Shown in pieces: positions 1 to 11,300 of a DNA stretch of 41,603 bases. The notes beneath the pieces are model-generated. The model saw only the letters and a list, made by a program, of their open reading frames with translations, was not told where the DNA came from and made no database searches. Numbering within the stretch: position 1 is the stretch's first letter; every line of letters starts with the position of its first letter. Source of the stretch: Octopus bimaculoides (Eukaryota); the NCBI RefSeq assembly GCF_001194135.2, contig NC_068986.1, positions 95,354,426 to 95,396,028 on the forward strand. Direction: 5' to 3'. The position numbers were made by a program, and so were the translations under genes.

Positions 1-230
1 ATATGTATGTATATATATATATGTATGTATGTATATATATATATGTATGTATGTATATATATATATATGTATGTATATATATATATGTATGTATGTATAT
101 ATGTATGTATGTATTATGTATGTATGTATGCATATATATATATATATATACACACACATATATACACACATATATGGGATTTGTGAGTGTGTATATATAT
201 AGAGAGAGAGAGAAAGAGAGTGTGTGATGC

Positions 231-306
<76 letters not shown>

Positions 307-455
307 CGCAGACACTCAGACAAACAAATATGTATATATGCACATGCATATATCATCATGATTCTCATTGATCCTCCTTACCATCATCAGCTTCATCATC
401 ACCACTATAATCATAATTATAATCATCTTCATCATTACCATCATCATCGTCATAG
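1..455. repeat. Compound microsatellite: (TA)n/(TATG)n/(GA)n, then imperfect (CAT)n
   Basis: Directly visible: tatg/ta arrays 1-170, ga arrays ~200-270, catcat/cataat tract ~355-455. Confidence 0.95.
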
Positions 456-571
456 TGAAATGGTGTAAACGCTACTCCATGCTGCAATATCAGCAGCAAA
501 CCAATATCTGTAAAAATTTTATTTCAGCGAAGATCTATGATAACGCGTACTCTTACGCACATGAGTCAGTG

Positions 572-577
572 TATATA

Positions 578-608
<31 letters not shown>

Positions 609-1565
609 ATGTATGTATGTATGCATGTATGCATGTATGTATGTATGCATGTATGCATGTATGTATGCATGTATGTATGTATGTATGCATGCATGTATGT
701 ATGTATGCATGTATGCATGTATGCATGTATGTATGCATGCATGCATGTATGCATGTATGTATGTATGTATGCATGTATGTATGTATGTATGTATGCATGC
801 ATGCATGTATGTATGTATGTATGTATGTATGCATGTATGTATGCATGCATGTATGTATGCATGTATGTATGCATGTATGTATNNNNNNNNNNNNNNNNNN
901 NNNNNNNNNNNNNNNNNNNNNNNNNNNNNNNNNNNNNNNNNNNNNNNNNNNNNNNNNNNNNNNNNNNNNNNNNNNNNNNNNNNNNNNNNNNNNNNNNNNN
1001 NNNNNNNNNNNNNNNNNNNNNNNNNNNNNNNNNNNNNNNNNNNNNNNNNNNNNNNNNNNNNNNNNNNNNNNNNNNNNNNNNNNNNNNNNNNNNNNNNNNN
1101 NNNNNNNNNNNNNNNNNNNNNNNNNNNNNNNNNNNNNNNNNNNNNNNNNNNNNNNNNNNNNNNNNNNNNNNNNNNNNNNNNNNNNNNNNNNNNNNNNNNN
1201 NNNNNNNNNNNNNNNNNNNNNNNNNNNNNNNNNNNNNNNNNNNNNNNNNNNNNNNNNNNNNNNNTGCATGTATGTATGCATGTATGCATGTATGTATGCA
1301 TGTATGCATGTATGTATGTATGTATCTATGTATGTATGCATGCATGCATGCATGTATGTATGTATGTATGTATGCATGTATGTATGTATGTGTGTATGCA
1401 TGTATGTATGTATGTATGTATGCATGCATGCATGTATGTATGTATGTATGTATGTATGCATGTATGTATGCATGCATGTATGTATGCATGTATGTATGCA
1501 TGTATGTATTATGCATGTATGTATGTATGCATGTATGCATGTATGTATGTATGTATGTATGCTTA
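572..1565. repeat. Large (TATG)/(TGCA) tetranucleotide array spanning an assembly gap (883-1264)
   Basis: Alternating tatg and tgca units on both sides of the N run. It explains all the MYVC/HTYI ORFs here. Confidence 0.97.
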
Positions 1566-2084
1566 TATGTCAATGTGTAAAGGCGCTGAAGTTCAATTGA
1601 TTCTGGATCCCACGGCTAATGAAATTTTTTCCTGTTTTGTTGTGTTTTTCTATTAACCATTTTCATGTCGTCTCACTTTTATCTATGCTCTCTCTCTCTC
1701 TCTCTNNNNNNNNNNCTCTCTCTCTCTCTCCCTCTCTTCCTCCTTCTCTCTCTCTCTTCCCATCTCTCTCTATTTATATGTTTAATATAGAATATATGGA
1801 TTTATATAGTGGTAATCACAAAAAAGCTCCTTTAGTGGACATGGCTACATAACACGTAGTAAACTAATACGTAAGAATGTAATGTAGTGTCCTATGCAGT
1901 TGAAATCCAGTAAATCCAATCAGTGAAAATTTTTTCATGAGGAATGTATGGAATATAAAGAAAGTCAGGAGTTATGAGATGAATATATTTATTTTGCCAG
2001 TTTATATCCATAGGATAACAGCCGTTTCGCAGCCAACATCATGCAAAAAATAATTTATATTAGTTTATAATAAATTACTTTACC

Positions 2085-2380
2085 GGATTTCAACTGCTAT
2101 AAATTGCATAGTACAAATCAATGCAGATATAGAAAGTTGGCTCTTCAGTTCGACATAAAGACGTGGTTACGGCAATTTTTCAACTCCGGTGTACACATAC
2201 CTGAGTTGAAAAATTGATGTAACAACCATCATATTTTGTCGAACAGAAGAGCTAGTTTTCTATAACTGCATCGATTTTTCAAACTCCGGTATGTGTGTAT
2301 TTGATGTAACCATGATATTCTGTCAATCTGAAGAGCTAGCCTATTCTATCTGCATTGATTTGAACTATGCAATTTATAAC
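2085..2380. repeat. Foldback (long inverted repeat with an extra tandem arm), possibly a MITE remnant
   Basis: Arm 2101-2175 is the reverse complement of 2300-2375 and of 2215-2275. A central stem, caatttttcaactccggt (2173-2190) with acctgagttgaaaaattg (2199-2216), pairs 17/18 around an 8-nt loop. Confidence 0.85.
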
Positions 2381-2429
2381 ATACATACTAATGCAGACAT
2401 ATAGAATAATTTATTATAGACAAAAATGA

Positions 2430-2797
2430 ATTATCTTTGCTTGAGGTTGACTGTGAAACCTTGCCTGACACGAGTCCTGGGCTCAGCTGTCTCCGCCTGA
2501 CAGTACCCGGTATGGGCCCCTATCCAGGGTTACAAAAGGAGACAACCTTCAAAGAAATCCGGAGTGGAGCCCCGTAGGTGGTTTAGTGTTTGACTCGACA
2601 CTCTTCCGGCAGCTCCTGCAACCAAGCTGGTGCCAAACGTAATGCTCTGCACTCCTTTGGACTACGTCAGCAAAGTCAAGAGAGGAATCCTGACGATTGG
2701 ACTACCAAGGAGTTTCTTACATCTAGCCCAGGCCTGCGCAAAACTGATTTTATGCACAACTCCATTGTCTCCCGAGACGAAGGGATGCCAACAACCA
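2430..2797. mobile_element. GC-richer interspersed repeat, possibly the 5' region of an RTE-type LINE
   Basis: Abrupt rise to ~50% GC. The tract aagaaatccggagtggagcccc...cttccggcagctcctgcaaccaagctggtgccaaacg resembles RTE 5' regions as I recall them. No protein motif was recovered. Confidence 0.35.
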
Positions 2798-3197
2798 TAT
2801 ATATATATATATATATATATATANNNNNNNNNNNNNNNNNNNNNNNNNNNNNNNNNNNNNNNNNNNNNNNNNNNNNNNNNNNNNNNNNNNNNNNNNNNNN
2901 NNNNNNNNNNNNNNNNNNNNNNNNNNNNNNNNNNNNNNNNNNNNNNNNNNNNNNNNNNNNNNNNNNNNNNNNNNNNNNNNNNNNNNNNNNNNNNNNNNNN
3001 NNNNNNNNNNNNNNNNNNNNNNNNNNNNNNNNNNNNNNNNNNNNNNNNNNNNNNNNNNNNNNNNNNNNNNNNNNNNNNNNNNNNNNNNNNNNNNNNNNNN
3101 NNNNNNNNNNNNNNNNNNNNNNNNNNNNNNNNNNNNNNNNNNNNNNNNNNNNNNNNNNNNNNNNNNNNNNNNNNNNNNNNNNNNNNNNNNNNNNNNN

Positions 3198-3335
3198 CTT
3201 TCAGTTTTCGTCTACCAAATCCACCCACAAGGTTTTGGTCGGCCCGAGGCTATACACTTGCCCAAGGTACCACGCAGTGGGACTGAACCATGTGATTGGG
3301 AAGCAAGCTTCTTACCACACAGCCACACCGGCGCC
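3198..3335 (-). mobile_element. tRNA-derived CORE-like SINE (octopus OR2-like), 5' half
   Basis: The reverse complement reads ggcgccggtgtggctgtgtggtaagaagcttgcttcccaatcacatggttcagtcccactgcgtggtaccttgggcaagtg..., with the CORE-like accttgggcaagt. Near-identical copies lie at 9855, 12660 and 38335. Confidence 0.85.
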
Positions 3336-3399
3336 TATAGATAGATAGATAGATAGATAGGTAATGAATCACAGCTTAAATCTACATTCTATCATACCA

Positions 3400-3870
3400 A
3401 TGAAATGTTTATGTACTGTGTTGTAGTTGGCTTAGAGCTGATTTCTGTTTCATATACTCTCGACTCTGCATTGCATGACTGGTCGACTGGACAAGCATTA
3501 GTGTTCCGGCACGTGCACTTAGTATCTGATAATTTTGTTGGTATGTGTTTTATAAAATATTTCATGCTTGGAGTTAAGCTGTAGCTCCTGTTGGATAGTT
3601 TTCTGTAGCTGTTGTGAATACGGAAATGTATGTCTTAGAACATTTCTGGCAATATTTAACATAAATTTAAGGAAATCAGGTTGAATAACCAACTAAATTT
3701 ACAAGACCCATTCTTAGTATTGGAAGGTGGCCGATTAAAAGAGTAATTTTTTTTCTTGGAACCCGCTAGTAGCTAAAGCATTATTATAAGGGACTGTTTT
3801 ATCAAAGATTTCTTCGTTATAAATCCTCAACTTTATTCAACACATTCAATTTTATTCCTTCAAGAAGAGG
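3400..3870 (-). mobile_element. Penelope-like element fragment (RT thumb, linker and start of GIY-YIG), degenerate
   Basis: Minus-strand translation gives EEIFDKTVPYNNALATSGFQEK ... SYSLTPSMKYFI ... KCTCRNTNACPVDQSCNAESRVYETEI ... QYI. This matches the PLE pattern EIFxxAxxxYxxAL..SG / SYSCMPNM / CNCRxxxxCPLxGxC / VVYKA / YIG. Confidence 0.75.
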
Positions 3871-4762
3871 AATTGATGTTTAAGTTTCGTCAAAGTTATT
3901 CTCTAAACCAGAAGTAAGGACCCTTTTTGTATTCCCTTAAGCATCTATAGATCCAAGTTTGAGAAAAATAATGATATTTAATTTTTAAAATTCGTAAATA
4001 TGTAACAGATGTTAAATTTCTGATTCGGTCTTACGTCATAAAGGGGTTTTGCTTCTTCTGATTGTGTTTTCTTTTTCTTTTTCTTCTTATATAATAAGGA
4101 TGGGCTTCATATTTCACCGTAGGTGCAGATCATCCCAACCCTGCTCAAAACAATGCTATTTTTGCATACCAATCAATGTGTAATTTGTAACTGTTTACTG
4201 CGTTTCGTATTAATACGAAGCATTTTAGGGTTGTCCCCCGTATTTGCCTTAGAAATGAAACTAATATTAATCATTAGTCACACACATTGTTTTTCTTTTC
4301 TTTTTCTTGCTATATATTTTTCTTCGTGTTTTAGCATTTTAATGCTTCCGGGTATTGAAAACGTTAAAAGCATGTTTGCTTCAGTATGTATGTGTATGTA
4401 AGTGTAGTAGATATATGTGTTATATATTAAGCTGTATATGCATGAGATACAAAGAAGAAGAGTATGTATGTATGAGTGTGTGTGTATATATATATTTACA
4501 TACATATACATATATAATCTTTTGATTGTGCCTTTGTATTAGAATAATGCTAAACCATTATCCATAACAGTGAATGCGTTATTCGACATGAGACGCATGT
4601 TAATGGTTATATCAACAGGGTTTCGGTTGGTGTAAGAGTGTATGCATACATACATACATACATATTCACACAGGCACATACACACACACATACAGGCAGA
4701 AAGCTGAAAAGAGAGACAGGCAGATTCATATACACATATATTCACATTTATTTAGATATTGA

Positions 4763-4795
<33 letters not shown>

Positions 4796-4876
4796 GGTGA
4801 ATATGCCTACGGCCGTGCGTGGACGTGTGTGTGTAGACACATATACATACTTAATCTTTTTATTGTCCCCTTGTGT

Positions 4877-4877
<1 letters not shown>

Positions 4878-4963
<86 letters not shown>

Positions 4964-4964
4964 G
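4878..4964. repeat. (GATA)n microsatellite
   Basis: Near-perfect tagataga array. Confidence 0.97.
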
Positions 4965-5939
4965 ATGACTGATTCAAAGATTTGTTTCTATCTTGCTTGT
5001 TTTAACGTTTATATTATTTCATATATTCACATATTTTCTATCGATGTCATATATATANNNNNNNNNNNNNNNNNNNNNNNNNNNNNNNNNNNNNNNNNNN
5101 NNNNNNNNNNNNNNNNNNNNNNNNNNNNNNNNNNNNNNNNNNNNNNATATATATATATATATATACATACACACATATATATATATATCAAGAAACTTCT
5201 TTCACTTTTATTCTGCTAATGCACACAGCTTCGTTACTTTGTTGTTTCTTTTCTGCTTTTTTTATGGGGTTTTTTTCTGAATTATCAAAGAATGCCGACA
5301 CAGTGTTATATGCTATTATGTTTTAATCCCACAATGCAGTTCAAAGAATGAAAATAATCTGATTTTACTTGTCGTTGGAATGGATTTAACTCTCCTTTGA
5401 AAACGTATATGGTAGCTTGAGGGTTACGTGTTAACTTGTTGCATTACGATCTTAAAATTGTGACGTAAATAAAACTTAAAATGAAGAAACCAGACGATAC
5501 GCTATTTATGAAGCTATAATATTTAAGGATTTCGCTTTTCTTTTTTCTTTCGTCTTTTTTACCCAGAGTAAGAGGCGTAGGCTATCACAGATTGGTTGAA
5601 AGGGGCTTTAAGTGATACGCCTGATACCTGGCTTGAGCATCTGTTTACCAGAATGACTTTCAGAGTGGCGAGGAAACCAAGGAATGTATGGAGTCTGCTC
5701 TGATTGCTTGCAGCAGATTAAAGGTGTCAAAGGATTGTGCAATGGTTGTGACGTTGTTAAAATGAGGACTATAGTATCCAAGATTATCTTTTTTTAATTT
5801 TTTTTTAATAAAGTGGTATGCAATTCGAGAGAGATTTGGTCGCCATGATTAGTTTAGAAACCGTTTATGCAACAACGTTATTGCTGATTGCGATCATTAA
5901 CACTCTTGCCGGATCTCCCGATCCAGATTATTTAATAAT

Positions 5940-5950
5940 GTGTATGCATG

Positions 5951-5984
<34 letters not shown>

Positions 5985-6035
5985 TGTATGTATGTATGTA
6001 TGTATGTATGTATGTATGTATGTACGTATGTATGT
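5940..6035. repeat. (TATG)n array at the 3' junction of the R4/Dong-like LINE
   Basis: The array begins right after the LINE 3' end (minus strand ...aataaaactgaataatg|acatacatac...). Confidence 0.95.
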
Positions 6036-7662
6036 CATTATTCAGTTTTATTTCAAGATTTCTGGCTAATAGAGAAAGAGACGATTTCTAACCTTGATCC
6101 AAGATTCCGTCATTGGAATTTCAACATCAACAGGATATTTTTGTATGTAAACATATGTACAGATTTGTATGTTTTGCTTTATGTATGTATTCTCATGCAT
6201 ATAGTTGCATGTCTAGACAAGCTCGTATACATTTAATGTTAAACTTCTGGAAAGTTTTACAGATTTTTTCAGTTCCAGTGATGGACTGGATCTGTAGTCT
6301 TCGAATTAGCTTTCTCCTTTCTGGTTTTGAAAAGCCTAATTTCTCAAGATTGGTATTTAGGCAGTGTGTTACATATCCCAGTGCTCCAATTATTACAAAT
6401 ATAAACCTGAACTTGTAATCCATAGATTCCTCAATAGTTCAGCGTAGGTATTTTCTTTTTCGCTGATCTTCAGCTTTATGTTAACATGGGTAGCTGATTT
6501 CCACAACTGCACAGTTTCTCTTCTCTATCCCAAATCATTATAATAGGTCTGCTGTGCTTACATTTTACTGAGGTTTTCACTGGGACATTCCATCAGTACT
6601 CCTTTATATCAAGAGTGGCTATGGCTTCTACCGTATTGTAGGTTCTTATTTTTACCTCAGGATTATCCTTGTGATGGATCTCATTATACAATGTTCTAGT
6701 TGCATCATGTTTCATCGGTAGGTACATCGTGATGGCATTTATGGACAACAGCGTATGATGTGCGTGATATCTTCGGTGTTAACTCCGCAAAGTCTGCATC
6801 GGTTATCACATTTTGCGGCTTTTCCTGCGTCTCTTTCTCTTTTGTGCTTCGGGTATTTGGTTGATATTTCTTGTTCTTGAACTGCAAACGCATACCCTTC
6901 CAAGTGGGAGTTAGTAATACGGTTGTAGGACCATGACAGATTGCTTTGATGATCAATGTTACTATCATCCCGAAGCTTTCTGCTAACATATACATGCAAG
7001 GTCTTCTGCTGATATACGCTCATCTTTTCTTCTGATGATCCGTTGCGGTTGAGTCGTCCGACTTCTTTGGACATGTATTTAAGGTTATCAGACAAGGAAT
7101 GGTACTCAAGGAGCTACTTTCCAAGTCTCATGATGTAATCAACCTCATGTATGCAAACTTGTTCAAGGGATGCACTTCGAACCTTGGTAGTTAAAAGATG
7201 TTGCCGAAGAGATATGATTCGACATTCAAAGGCAGTCTGGATCGATGTTAAGCCTCAGTCACCTTGCTTTCGTTTTAGGTAGAAGCGGTCTATGTCACTG
7301 TTGATGTGGAAATTATGTGTGCTTGTTAATGTCTTCCGGATTTTCACATCAATAGCTCGGACCTCATCAAGCGTCCAATCAAGTAGCCCAAATGTTGATA
7401 TGGGTACTGGCACTGCAAACACATTGTGGGCTAGTTTTATTGAATGCAGAGTGTTCCGAGGTCAATATTTTCTTTATTCAGCTGTAATATTCTTTAGTGA
7501 CACGTCTTTTGTTACAGGTGCCATCGTAAGATGTTTTCATTCTCTCCAAGGTACCTGCAACATTCCTCGTTAGATATAGGCGAAACAGTCAAGTCATTAA
7601 TGAAGATGTTAGACTGTTTTACAGTTTTCCCTCTTTTCACAACCAAATAGCAACATTTATCC
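6036..7662 (-). mobile_element. 5'-truncated R4/Dong-type non-LTR retrotransposon (RT C-terminus, CCHC zinc knuckle, restriction-like endonuclease), pseudogenised
   Basis: Joining frames gives DKCCYLVVKRGK...RYLGENE...LAHNVFAVP...DWTLDEVRAIDVKIRKTL...DIDRFYLKRKQGD*GL (RT end and thumb). Then EGYAFAVQEQEISTKY...CRLCGVNTEDITHIIRCCP...KHD (knuckle). Then WNVPV...RP...IWDREEKLC..VVEISYP...EKENTY...IIGALG (RLE), followed by a ~150-nt 3' UTR. Several stops and frameshifts. Confidence 0.88.
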
Positions 7663-7663
7663 T

Positions 7664-7688
7664 ATGTATGTATATTTTCACACACACA

Positions 7689-7765
<77 letters not shown>

Positions 7766-7904
7766 NNNNNNNNNNNNNNNNNNNNNNNNNNNNNNNNNNN
7801 NNNNNNNNNNNNNNNNNNNNNNNNNNNNNNNNNNNNNNNNNNNNNNNNNNNNNNNNNNNNNNNNNNNNTGATAGAGAATGTGCGCGTATATATACATACA
7901 TACA

Positions 7905-7938
<34 letters not shown>

Positions 7939-8043
7939 CATACATGCATATATACATACATGCATATATACATACATGCATATATACATATATACATGCA
8001 TACATGCATACATACATACATACATGAATATAGATATATGCAT
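7664..8043. repeat. Compound (CA)n/(TA)n/(CATA)n microsatellite around a gap
   Basis: Directly visible; gap at 7766-7868. Confidence 0.95.
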
Positions 8044-8250
8044 GTGAGTCTATATGGTAACACATAAAACTTCTCACGGTATATCGTAATTCATGTAATT
8101 GAAACCTTTGTTCACCGAGAGTGCTCTACAACTAATTTGAAATTAGCTGGGACTATGGTTAATGTCAATGTGAAATGAATAAAGAGAAAGAATCGATCGC
8201 GAACATATCAATATAAAGATGTTTCTGTATCTATTCCCATCTTCATTCAG

Positions 8251-8352
8251 CTGTATGTTGTAAGAGACAGGTTTCCGCGAAGACTTACTATAAACCCCTT
8301 CTGGCCTCGAGGGATTGAATATAAAGCGACCGGAACGTACAAAAGGAATGAA
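8251..8352 (+). CDS. Candidate internal coding exon, product unknown (LYVVRDRFPRRLTINPFWPRGIEYKATGTYKRNE)
   Basis: Acceptor tttctgtatctattcccatcttcattcag|, donor GAA|gtgagt, 102 nt, phase 0-0, and only this frame is open. No homology recognised. An equally good antisense exon overlaps it (8289-8358). Confidence 0.35.
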
Positions 8353-8967
8353 GTGAGTCTGTTGAATATAACAAAGAATACATATACCACAATCATCACC
8401 ACCACACTGCCATCGTAGCAACATGTTTTATCAATGGACGATGATAATAGTACAAACTAGAAGGGAAATTGAAACAAGAATAGAGAAAGAGATAAAGACA
8501 TTATGTGAGAGAGAGAGAGAGACAGAGAGACAGAGAGAGACAGAGAGAGAGAGAGAAGCTCAGTGAAAGGGAGAGAAAGGGAGTTATTGAAATAGACTGA
8601 GAAATACAAAGAGAAAAAGAGAGAATTATGAAACGAAAGAAACATTGAGAGAAAGAGGTGTTTGAGAGAGGAGGAAAAAAAGAGGCAGTGATTCTCCATG
8701 GAATATTCTCCATGGAATATTCATCGACTGATTATTGTCAGTTTCTTTGTTATTTTAGAATCTATTCCTTTTCGTGTGTGTGTGTATGTAGTGTCACCTT
8801 CTTCTTTATGTGTATGTGTATGTGTGTGTATGCCTCTGTGTGGGGGTGTGCGCGCGTGTGTGTATACTTACATATAAGCGAGCGTAAGTGGGTGATTATG
8901 ACACGTCAGCAAAACTCAAAGACTGGTCATTCAACAAAGAACGTGCATACACGCACATATACCACAT

Positions 8968-8996
8968 ATATGTGTGTGTGTGTGTGTATGTGTTTG

Positions 8997-9029
<33 letters not shown>

Positions 9030-9616
9030 TTGCGTGTGTGTATGTGTGTTNNNNNNNNNNNNNNNNNNNNNNNNNNNNNNNNNNNNNNNNNNNNNNNNNN
9101 NNNNNNNNNNNNNNNNNNNNNNNNNNNNNNNNNNNNNNNNNNNNNNNNNNNNNNNNNNNNNNNNNNNNNNNNNNNNNNNNNNNNNNNNNNNNNNNNNNNN
9201 NNNNNNNNNNNNNNNNNNNNNNNNNNNNNNNNNNNNNNNNNNNNNNNNNNNNNNNNNNNNNNNNNNNNNNNNNNNNNNNNNNNNNNNNNNNNNNNNNNNN
9301 NNNNNNNNNNNNNNNNNNNNNNNNNNNNNNNNNNNNNNNNNNNNNNNNNNNNNNNNNNNNNNNNNNNNNNNNNNNNNNNNNNNNNNNNNNNNNNNNNNNN
9401 NNNNNNNNNNNNNNNNNNNNNNNNNNNNNNNNNNNNNNNNNNNNNNNNNNNNNNNNNNNNNNNNNNNNCTTATTTGTGTGTATGTGTGTGTGTGTTTGTG
9501 TGTGTGTTTATGTGTGTATGAGTGTGTATCTGTATGTATTTGCGTGCGTGCGTGTGTTTCTGTGTGTATGCGTGTGTGTGTTTGTGTGTGTGTGTACGCG
9601 TGTGTGTGTGTTTGTG
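8968..9616. repeat. Degenerate (TG)n array spanning gap 9051-9468
   Basis: Directly visible. Confidence 0.95.
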
Positions 9617-9617
9617 C

Positions 9618-9857
9618 TTCGATTCCCGGCGGCGCGTTGTGTCCTTGAGCAAGATGTTCTATTTCACGTTGCTCCAGTCCACTCACCTGGCAGAAATGAG
9701 TTGTACTTGTAATTCAAACGGCCAGTCCTGTCACGTTCTGAATCTTCCTGAGAATACGCATATCTGTGGCGTGCTCAGCCACTTGCACGTTAATTTCACG
9801 AGTAAGCTGTTCCGTTGATCGAACCAACTAGAATACTCGTCGGTGTAACCGACGTGG
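9618..9857 (+). mobile_element. tRNA-derived SINE (family with ttgtgtccttgagcaag body), 5'-truncated at the B box
   Basis: ttcgattccc (B box), then ttgtgtccttgagcaag...gctccagtccactca...aaatgag as in the copies at 13591 and 31256. The 3' part is the reverse complement of 40700-40885. Confidence 0.75.
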
Positions 9858-9998
9858 TAAAAATCTTGCTCCCCAACCACATCGCTTCCGGTTCAGTCCC
9901 ACTGCGTGGCACCTTGGGCAAGTGTCTTCTATCATAACCTCAGGCCGAGCAGAGCCTTGTGAGTGGATTTGATAGACGAAAACTGAAAGAAGCCCGTC
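9855..9998 (+). mobile_element. CORE-like SINE copy
   Basis: ggttcagtcccactgcgtggcaccttgggcaagtgtcttcta...gccttgtgagtggatttgatagacgaaaactgaaagaagcccgtc. Confidence 0.88.
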
Positions 9999-10210
9999 AC
10001 GCACTCACAACATACATACGTACTTCTAACTGCCAGTCAAAAGACCTTTCTGCTGACCATTTTTCTACGCATGTGTGAAAAGACACAACTACACAAAAGA
10101 CCGCCGCTCCTGTTATCATGCTGCTGAATTCGTCCTCCAACATTAAGAGACACAAAGTTAATGGTAGTGCTCCATCATGATCGTAGCCGTATAACTGAAA
10201 CGAAGAAAAG

Positions 10211-10335
<125 letters not shown>

Positions 10336-11214
10336 AGGATAACTTAGTAATTAAAGGATCAAATGCGCAACAATAATACACCAGAAGCAAAAACGTATAT
10401 ACATAAGGGATGCTGGAAGTGTCTATTATGAGTATGGGGTTACTTCGATTATACAAAAATCTCAGTTAGATATTTTGTCTTGCGGTTGTTTATAAGTTGT
10501 TTATAAGACTCACTAAATCAAAGATCTGATGCACGAGCGAAAATAATTCATCTATCTTGCTATTAAGAAAATCTATACTTTTTTCAACAAAATAGGGGTA
10601 GTTTATCCTGTTCAGGCTATATTATTAGCATTATCCTGCGATCGATAATTTAAAAATCACTTCTTTAACTTTCTTAGACATCTCAACGCTTCTACAGCAA
10701 ACTTCGTTTGTTTGTTTACGTTTATCGTAATTTGAATTTATTTCAACCAAGATTCATCGATTTATATTCTTATTTTGATCGGGTCGGATTAAAATTAAAA
10801 GGATGTACTCCCAACAGGAAGTAAACATTCAATCCCGGTTTTAGAAAGCTGGTCTGTTACTCATCGGCATCCATGGTAGTCTTTCTACATATCTGTAAGA
10901 CCCAAAAATCTATATTCGTGGGATTTTTTTTTTATTCCTGGTAAGAATAACCAAGCCATGTAGATCTGAAGTGAAGGTTTAGAGTAAATGAGAATCACCA
11001 TCATAGGCTTTGAAAAGCAGCATGTCGAATGAACTGACGGTGAATCTGAAGACGTGCTGGAAGATCGATTACATTAAACAGGAATGGGATCGATGACACC
11101 GAACAAGGTCACGTTCTTCTGATGGTGAACTTTTCTTACATCAACAGAACTGACGATCATTGATGTCATTCAACTACCGAAAAATATTTAGAAAATGTCA
11201 GCAAGCTCGAACCG

Positions 11215-11300
11215 ATGATGGTGGTGGTGGTGGTGGTGGTTTTGCTGCTGCTGCTACTGATGATGATGATGATGATGATGATGCTACTGCTGCAGCATCA
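11215..11300. repeat. Compound trinucleotide tract (GGT)n-(GCT)n-(GAT)n
   Basis: Directly visible. Confidence 0.9.

Noticed and set aside
3-1656. Long ORFs (up to 410 aa) of MYVC/HTYI repeats
   Set aside because: Translations of TATG/TGCA arrays and N runs, open in many frames on both strands. The same applies to the ORFs over the 2.8, 7.7, 9, 14.3, 20, 24, 32, 34 and 38.5 kb gaps.
4543-4631. Plus-strand exon-like unit (ttag|NNAKPLSITVNALFDMRRMLMVISTGFRL|gtaaga)
   Set aside because: Splice sites are plausible, but there is no recognisable protein and no phase-compatible partner before 8251. Such units occur by chance in AT-rich DNA.
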